The position numbers and the translations under genes were made by a program. From a virus (taxonomy: Duplodnaviria; Heunggongvirae; Uroviricota; Caudoviricetes), in the IMG/VR virus record IMGVR_UViG_2554235189_000012, positions 1-17,836 of that record: 17,836 nucleotides of DNA; one strand, 5' to 3'. Shown here in pieces: positions 13,860 to 17,836 of the stretch; position 1 is the stretch's first letter, and each line of letters opens with the position of its first letter. The notes beneath the pieces were generated by a model. That model saw only the letters and a program-made list of their open reading frames with translations, was not told the origin of the DNA and did not search any database.

Positions 13860-13967
13860 ATGAAATCAAAAATCAAATCGCTACTGGTCGCTGGTTATAA
13901 CCACGGCTGGTTAAGTATTTCGTTTGTCGATTTCTGGTTTAAAAATCTCAATCTGAGGGAATCATGA
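13860..13967 (+). CDS. Possible 35-aa coupling ORF between O-like and primase-helicase genes
   Basis: ATG 4 nt after the O-like stop with AGGTGA upstream; MKSKIKSLLVAGYNHGWLSISFVDFWFKNLNLRES; its stop overlaps the helicase ATG (ATGA). Could equally be non-coding. Confidence 0.25.
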   Translation: MKSKIKSLLVAGYNHGWLSISFVDFWFKNLNLRES

Positions 13968-15844
13968 GGCCAAGTGAACTCAGCGACCTGCTTTGGGCGC
14001 AGGTTGACAGGGTGGCTCCGCACCTGTTGCCAAACGGCAAGAAAGATGGGCATGAGTGGGTTGCCGGTAACGTCAACGGTGACAAGGGAAACAGCCTTAA
14101 GGTCAACCTTAGCGGCAAGAAAAAATGGGCTGATTTCGCTGAGGGAGACGGCGGTGACATGCTTGATTTGTGGATGGCATGTCGTGGAATTAACCTGCAT
14201 CAGGCTATGCAGGAAGCGAAAGCCTTTCTCGGTATCAAGGATGACGATCACCATTTCGATGCCAAACGTGAGAAGAAATTCTCCAGACCTGATCGCAAGA
14301 AAATCGCCCGCTACGTTACCAGAACAGAATCCCATCTTGAGTACCTGCAATCGCGTGGCATATCGCCAGAAGTCGTAAAGCGCTACGAAGTTGTCAGCGG
14401 CAAGGTGTGGAATGGAGAACGAGAACTTGATGCACTGGTGCTTCCGTACAAACGCGATGGTGAGTTGTTGCAGGTCAAGCGAATCAGCACTGAGCGACCG
14501 GACGGGAAGAAAGTCATTATGGCAGAAGGTGATTGCGAACCTTGTCTGTTCGGATGGCAGGCTCTGGACGCTGGCGTGAGGGCGGTTGTACTTTGCGAAG
14601 GCGAAATTGATTGTATGAGCTATGCGCAATACGGCATCTCGGCGTTATCCGTGCCGTTTGGTGGCGGGAAAGGCGCTAAGCAACAGTGGATTGAGTTTGA
14701 GTATCACAACCTCGACAGGTTTGAGGAAATATTCATCTCGATGGACGTTGATGATGTTGGTCGTGAAGCCGCAAGGGAAATCGCAAGCCGACTCGGTGAA
14801 CATCGTTGCCGTCTTGTTACTCTGCCGTACAAAGACATCAACGAATGCCTGATGAACGGTGTTACCGAGGATGAAATCTGGCAGTACATCGGCACGGCAT
14901 CCTACTTCGATCCTGAAGAACTCTACAGCGCGCGAGAGTTTTACCAGGACACTATCAACGCTTTCTACGGCAAGCAGCAGTATCTGTTTAATCCACCGTG
15001 GGAATCTCTGGCAGATAAATTCCAGTTCCGTGAGGCCGAGTTGACGCTGGTCAATGGTGTGAACGGTCACGGAAAAACGGAGGTTGTCGGGCATATGGCA
15101 CTTGAGGCAATGCGTCAGGGTGTGAAGACGTGCATCGCGTCACTTGAGCTGAAGCCTGGTATTCTCCTTAAGCGCCTTACCCGTCAGGCAACGTGCTGCA
15201 AGATGCCGCCAGTGCTGGAAATTGACTCTGCATTTAAATTTTATGACGAAAGACTTTGGGTGTTTGGCCTGACCGGAACGGCGAAAGCCGACAGGCTGAT
15301 CGAAATATTCGACTACGCTCGCCGCCGATACGGGATCCAGTTATTCATCATCGACAGCCTGATGAAATGTGGCATAGGCGACGATGACTATAACGGGCAG
15401 AAGGCGTTTGTTGACTTGATTTGCGACTTCAAAAACAAAACAAACTCCCACGTCATTCTCGTTACTCACTCGCGAAAAGGAGACAGCGAAGAAAAACCAA
15501 CCGGGAAAATGGACGTAAAAGGCTCTGGAGCGATAACAGACCTGACAGACAACCTTTTCATCATCTGGCGTAACAAGGCTCGCGAGAGAGCGTTACAGAG
15601 AGTTCAGAGTGGTGAAAAGATGTCAGAGAAGGACGAACAGCTACTGGCATCTCCGGCATCTGTTTTGATGCTTGAAAAACAACGTAACGGCGAAGGTTGG
15701 GAAGGTGGTGTCCCGTTGTTCCTTGACGAGCAATCGCACCAGTTCCTGCAACTTGAATCAGGATCGCCTTATAGCTACATCGCCAATATGCCGAAATCGG
15801 AATATGACGAGGCGTGGCGACAGGAAAACGTGACGGAGTATTAA
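13964..15844 (+). CDS. Bifunctional DNA primase/helicase (TOPRIM domain plus P-loop SF4-type helicase)
   Basis: 626-aa ORF; TOPRIM-like motifs (VVLCEGEIDCMS, FISMDVDD); Walker A NGVNGHGKTEV and Walker B-like LFIIDSLMK; occupies the position of lambda P / P22 gene 12. Confidence 0.8.
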   Translation: MRPSELSDLLWAQVDRVAPHLLPNGKKDGHEWVAGNVNGDKGNSLKVNLSGKKKWADFAEGDGGDMLDLWMACRGINLHQAMQEAKAFLGIKDDDHHFDAKREKKFSRPDRKKIARYVTRTESHLEYLQSRGISPEVVKRYEVVSGKVWNGERELDALVLPYKRDGELLQVKRISTERPDGKKVIMAEGDCEPCLFGWQALDAGVRAVVLCEGEIDCMSYAQYGISALSVPFGGGKGAKQQWIEFEYHNLDRFEEIFISMDVDDVGREAAREIASRLGEHRCRLVTLPYKDINECLMNGVTEDEIWQYIGTASYFDPEELYSAREFYQDTINAFYGKQQYLFNPPWESLADKFQFREAELTLVNGVNGHGKTEVVGHMALEAMRQGVKTCIASLELKPGILLKRLTRQATCCKMPPVLEIDSAFKFYDERLWVFGLTGTAKADRLIEIFDYARRRYGIQLFIIDSLMKCGIGDDDYNGQKAFVDLICDFKNKTNSHVILVTHSRKGDSEEKPTGKMDVKGSGAITDLTDNLFIIWRNKARERALQRVQSGEKMSEKDEQLLASPASVLMLEKQRNGEGWEGGVPLFLDEQSHQFLQLESGSPYSYIANMPKSEYDEAWRQENVTEY

Positions 15845-15873
15845 ATGACCATCTACATTACTGAGCTAATAAC

Positions 15874-15906
15874 AGGCCTGCTGGTAATCGCAGGCCTTTT
15901 TATTTG
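15874..15906 (+). terminator. Intrinsic terminator (8-bp stem AGGCCTGC/GCAGGCCT, 8-nt loop, then TTTTATTTG), tR2-like
   Basis: Read directly; immediately downstream of the primase-helicase gene. Confidence 0.55.
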
Positions 15907-15932
15907 CATCAGAAACAGAGTGAGGTGAGAGC

Positions 15933-16121
15933 ATGAGTAACAGCGAATATATGTTTTACGCAATCATCGACGATGAAGATCGGCTTGTTTCAGTAGCGCA
16001 TGAAAAATACGGTGAAGTTAAGGCGGTATTCCGCACTAAAGAGGATGCTCAGCGAGCTATTGATTTACAAGATGATGAGAACGGTCTCCGCATAAGAAAA
16101 TGTGAAATCGTACAGGCCTAA
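15933..16121 (+). CDS. Hypothetical protein (62 aa)
   Basis: ORF with GAGGTGAGAG upstream of ATG; acidic; no family recognised. Confidence 0.5.
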   Translation: MSNSEYMFYAIIDDEDRLVSVAHEKYGEVKAVFRTKEDAQRAIDLQDDENGLRIRKCEIVQA

Positions 16122-16146
16122 CACCCCAGCACACTAATGGAGAGAA

Positions 16147-16347
16147 ATGATGACAACGATTGGTGTTCTTTACGACGGGTGGACAAAAGAACGATTAAGA
16201 CGTCATTACAAGATGGCAAAAGTTATCCGCAACAAGCCCTATCGCAATGACTATCGAAAGGTGATGGCAAATAACATGCAGAAGAATATCGACAGGATAT
16301 TCCCGCGCGGAAAGGCTGTGTGGCGCTTACTTAAAAATGAGTGGTGA
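16147..16347 (+). CDS. Hypothetical basic protein (66 aa)
   Basis: ORF with GGAGAG upstream of tandem ATG codons; Lys/Arg-rich. Confidence 0.5.
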   Translation: MMTTIGVLYDGWTKERLRRHYKMAKVIRNKPYRNDYRKVMANNMQKNIDRIFPRGKAVWRLLKNEW

Positions 16348-16358
16348 TGGAGAGGAAT

Positions 16359-16673
16359 ATGGACGAATCAAGAAAGCAGTTTGAGGAATACGTTGCCAAA
16401 AAATTGAAATTACCATTCGAGATGATAACCGAGGCAAGAAATGGTGATAGGTACTTCGCATTTTCAAGCATGGATATTCGTCACTCCTTAAATGAGTGGT
16501 GGACTTTATGGCAGGCATCGCGAGCAGCTATTGAAATAACCGCGCCAAAGTTTATCGACAGCAGAGAAGCATTATCCAAAGGGTTTACTGTTGATTATTC
16601 CAATGGCTTCGGCGATGGAATGGATGCTTATGAGGAAAACATCCGCGCCGTTGGAGTCAAAGTGAAGGAGTGA
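16359..16673 (+). CDS. Hypothetical protein (104 aa)
   Basis: ATG at 16359 preceded by GGAGAGG at 4-nt spacing (the ORF track begins at an upstream GTG); no family recognised. Confidence 0.5.
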   Translation: MDESRKQFEEYVAKKLKLPFEMITEARNGDRYFAFSSMDIRHSLNEWWTLWQASRAAIEITAPKFIDSREALSKGFTVDYSNGFGDGMDAYEENIRAVGVKVKE

Positions 16674-16675
16674 CG

Positions 16676-17086
16676 ATGAAGCAAACAATCTTCCTCCGTG
16701 GTAAACAACAACAGCAAGCCGCAATCAACGCCATCCTCGCAACACCACTCGATAAAGACAAGCCAGTTACCATCCGCATTACTGACTACAAGCGCAACCT
16801 TGACCAGAACGCAAAATTTCACGCGATGCTGGCGGATATCGCTCGTCAGGTTCAATGGTGCGGCAAATGGTTAAAACCAGAACAATGGAAGGTTTTGTTG
16901 ATCAGCGGTCATGCAGTGGCAACAAAACAGGAAGCTGATGTTTTACCCGGGCTTGAAGGCGAATACGTCAACATTCGCGAAAGCAGCGCGCAGATGAGCG
17001 TGAAGCGTATGGCAAGTCTGATCGAGTACACAACAGCCTGGGCTATTGGTCAGGGTGTCAGATTTACCGACAGGAGGTACGAATGA
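16676..17086 (+). CDS. ninB: NinB-like recombination protein
   Basis: 136-aa ORF with GGAG RBS; [53 protein letters not shown] parallels lambda NinB (HQQNAIHAVQQILPDPTKPIVVTIQERNRSLDQNRKLWACLGDVSRQVEWHGRWL) as recalled. Confidence 0.7.
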   Translation: MKQTIFLRGKQQQQAAINAILATPLDKDKPVTIRITDYKRNLDQNAKFHAMLADIARQVQWCGKWLKPEQWKVLLISGHAVATKQEADVLPGLEGEYVNIRESSAQMSVKRMASLIEYTTAWAIGQGVRFTDRRYE

Positions 17087-17265
17087 GACGACAGCGACGA
17101 AATATCACCGACATCATCTGCGAAAACTGCAAATACCTTCCAACGAAACGCTCAAGAAATAAACGCAAGCCAATCCCAAAAGAATCTGACGTAAAAACCT
17201 TCAATTACACGGCTCACCTGTGGGATATCCGGTGGCTTAGAGAACGTGCGAGGAAAACAAGGTGA
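17083..17265 (+). CDS. ninE: NinE-like small basic protein (60 aa)
   Basis: AGGAGG RBS; start overlaps the ninB stop; size, position and sequence resemble lambda NinE as I recall it; could be a different small nin-region protein. Confidence 0.5.
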   Translation: MRRQRRNITDIICENCKYLPTKRSRNKRKPIPKESDVKTFNYTAHLWDIRWLRERARKTR

Positions 17266-17432
17266 TTGACCCAAATCGAAGTTACGAACAACAAAGCGTC
17301 GAGCGGGCTTTAACGTGCGCTAACTGCGGTCAGAAGCTGCATGTGCTGGAAGTTCACGTGTGCTCCGATTGCTGCGCAGAACTGATGAGCGATCCGAATA
17401 GCTCAATGTACGAGGAAGAAGACGATGAGTGA
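17262..17432 (+). CDS. ninF: NinF-like small cysteine-rich protein (56 aa), below ORF-track size cutoff
   Basis: GTG start overlapping the upstream stop; [56 protein letters not shown] with CxxC...CxxxCC motifs; resembles lambda NinF as recalled. Confidence 0.5.
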   Translation: MIDPNRSYEQQSVERALTCANCGQKLHVLEVHVCSDCCAELMSDPNSSMYEEEDDE

Positions 17433-17563
17433 TGTTAAAGAAAAAGATATCCCCGGCTTTGAGGGTATATATAAAGTAACTGAAAATGGAGACATCATTT
17501 CATGCCGTAAATCAAAAAAATTATCTCATGGCATTAAACCAGGAGGATATGCATTTGTCGGTC
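17425..17563 (+). pseudogene. HNH/NUMOD4-type homing-endonuclease-like gene, 5' fragment truncated by the IS629-like element
   Basis: ATG at 17425; [47 protein letters not shown]; the IPGFEGIYKVTENGDI pattern is typical of the NUMOD4 motif of phage HNH endonucleases; the frame runs directly into the IS terminal repeat at 17564. Confidence 0.45.
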
Positions 17564-17836
17564 TGAACCGCCCCGGGAATCCTGGAGACTAAACTCCCTG
17601 AGAAAGAGGTAAACAGGATGACTAAAAATACACGTTTTTCCCCCGAGGTCCGTCAACGGGCAGTTCGTATGGTTCTGGAAAGTCAGGGCGAATATGACTC
17701 ACAATGGGCGGCAATTTGTTCCATTGCCCCAAAGATTGGCTGTACACCAGAGACTCTGCGTGTGTGGGTTCGTCAGCATGAGCGGGATACCGGGAGTGGT
17801 GATGATGGACTCACCACCGCTGAACGTCAGCGTCTG
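17564..17836 (+). mobile_element. IS3-family insertion sequence, IS629/IS1203-like, left end and start of orfA (continues beyond window)
   Basis: Begins TGAACCGCCCCGGGAATCCTGGAGACTAAACTCCCTGAG, matching the IS629 terminal repeat as recalled; orfA start follows. Confidence 0.8.
17618..17836 (+). CDS. IS629-like OrfA (HTH transposase N-terminal protein), 5' partial in window
   Basis: GAGG RBS then ATG at 17618; [59 protein letters not shown]...; no stop before the window end, so absent from the ORF track. Confidence 0.8.
   Translation, partial: MTKNTRFSPEVRQRAVRMVLESQGEYDSQWAAICSIAPKIGCTPETLRVWVRQHERDTGSGDDGLTTAERQRL

Noticed and set aside
13895-14629. 244-aa ORF on the minus strand
   Set aside because: Lies entirely antisense within the primase-helicase gene, which has clear TOPRIM and Walker motifs; no RBS and no recognisable domain. 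Other minus-strand frames inside this gene (13948-14160, 14645-15094, 14704-14895) are rejected for the same reason.
1-17836. CRISPR arrays, rRNA genes or complete tRNA genes
   Set aside because: No regularly spaced direct repeats with unique spacers and no rRNA or complete tRNA-like sequence were seen; the only periodic repeats are the ori iterons and the operators.

Overview
This window looks like the left ~16 kb of a defective, mosaic lambdoid prophage sitting next to the chromosomal sucrose permease gene cscB, with IS2 inserted near its left end and an IS629-like element cutting into its nin region. All calls are from reading the sequence and the ORF track; family names and the lambda, P22, IS2, IS629 and argW comparisons are from memory, and no search was run. 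Coordinates of features not in the ORF track were counted by hand and may be off by 1-2 nt. Layout, left to right: cscB (1-1248, +); a ~450-bp non-coding junction; an excisionase-like gene (1778-1978, -) with no integrase gene anywhere in the window; a complete 1331-bp IS2 (2089-3419) with a 5-bp GTCTG target duplication, inserted in a small phage ORF; an early-left operon on the minus strand (3620-10651) holding small accessory genes, two Lar-family genes, recT with a Gam-like gene, kil, cIII and an N antiterminator; an immunity region with cI, a small membrane protein downstream of cI, cro, matching nutL/nutR hairpins and AATAC-N5-GTATT operators; a replication module (lambda-identical cII, a 48-aa ORF, O-like initiator with internal iterons, primase-helicase fusion); and ninB/ninE/ninF-like genes followed by an HNH-like gene truncated by the IS629-like element, which runs off the window end. 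The most interesting candidates are the cI-linked membrane protein, the missing integrase with split tRNA-like fragments around xis, a duplicated 26-nt leader, and the Lar-containing accessory cluster. No lysis or structural genes, CRISPR array or intact tRNA gene were seen.
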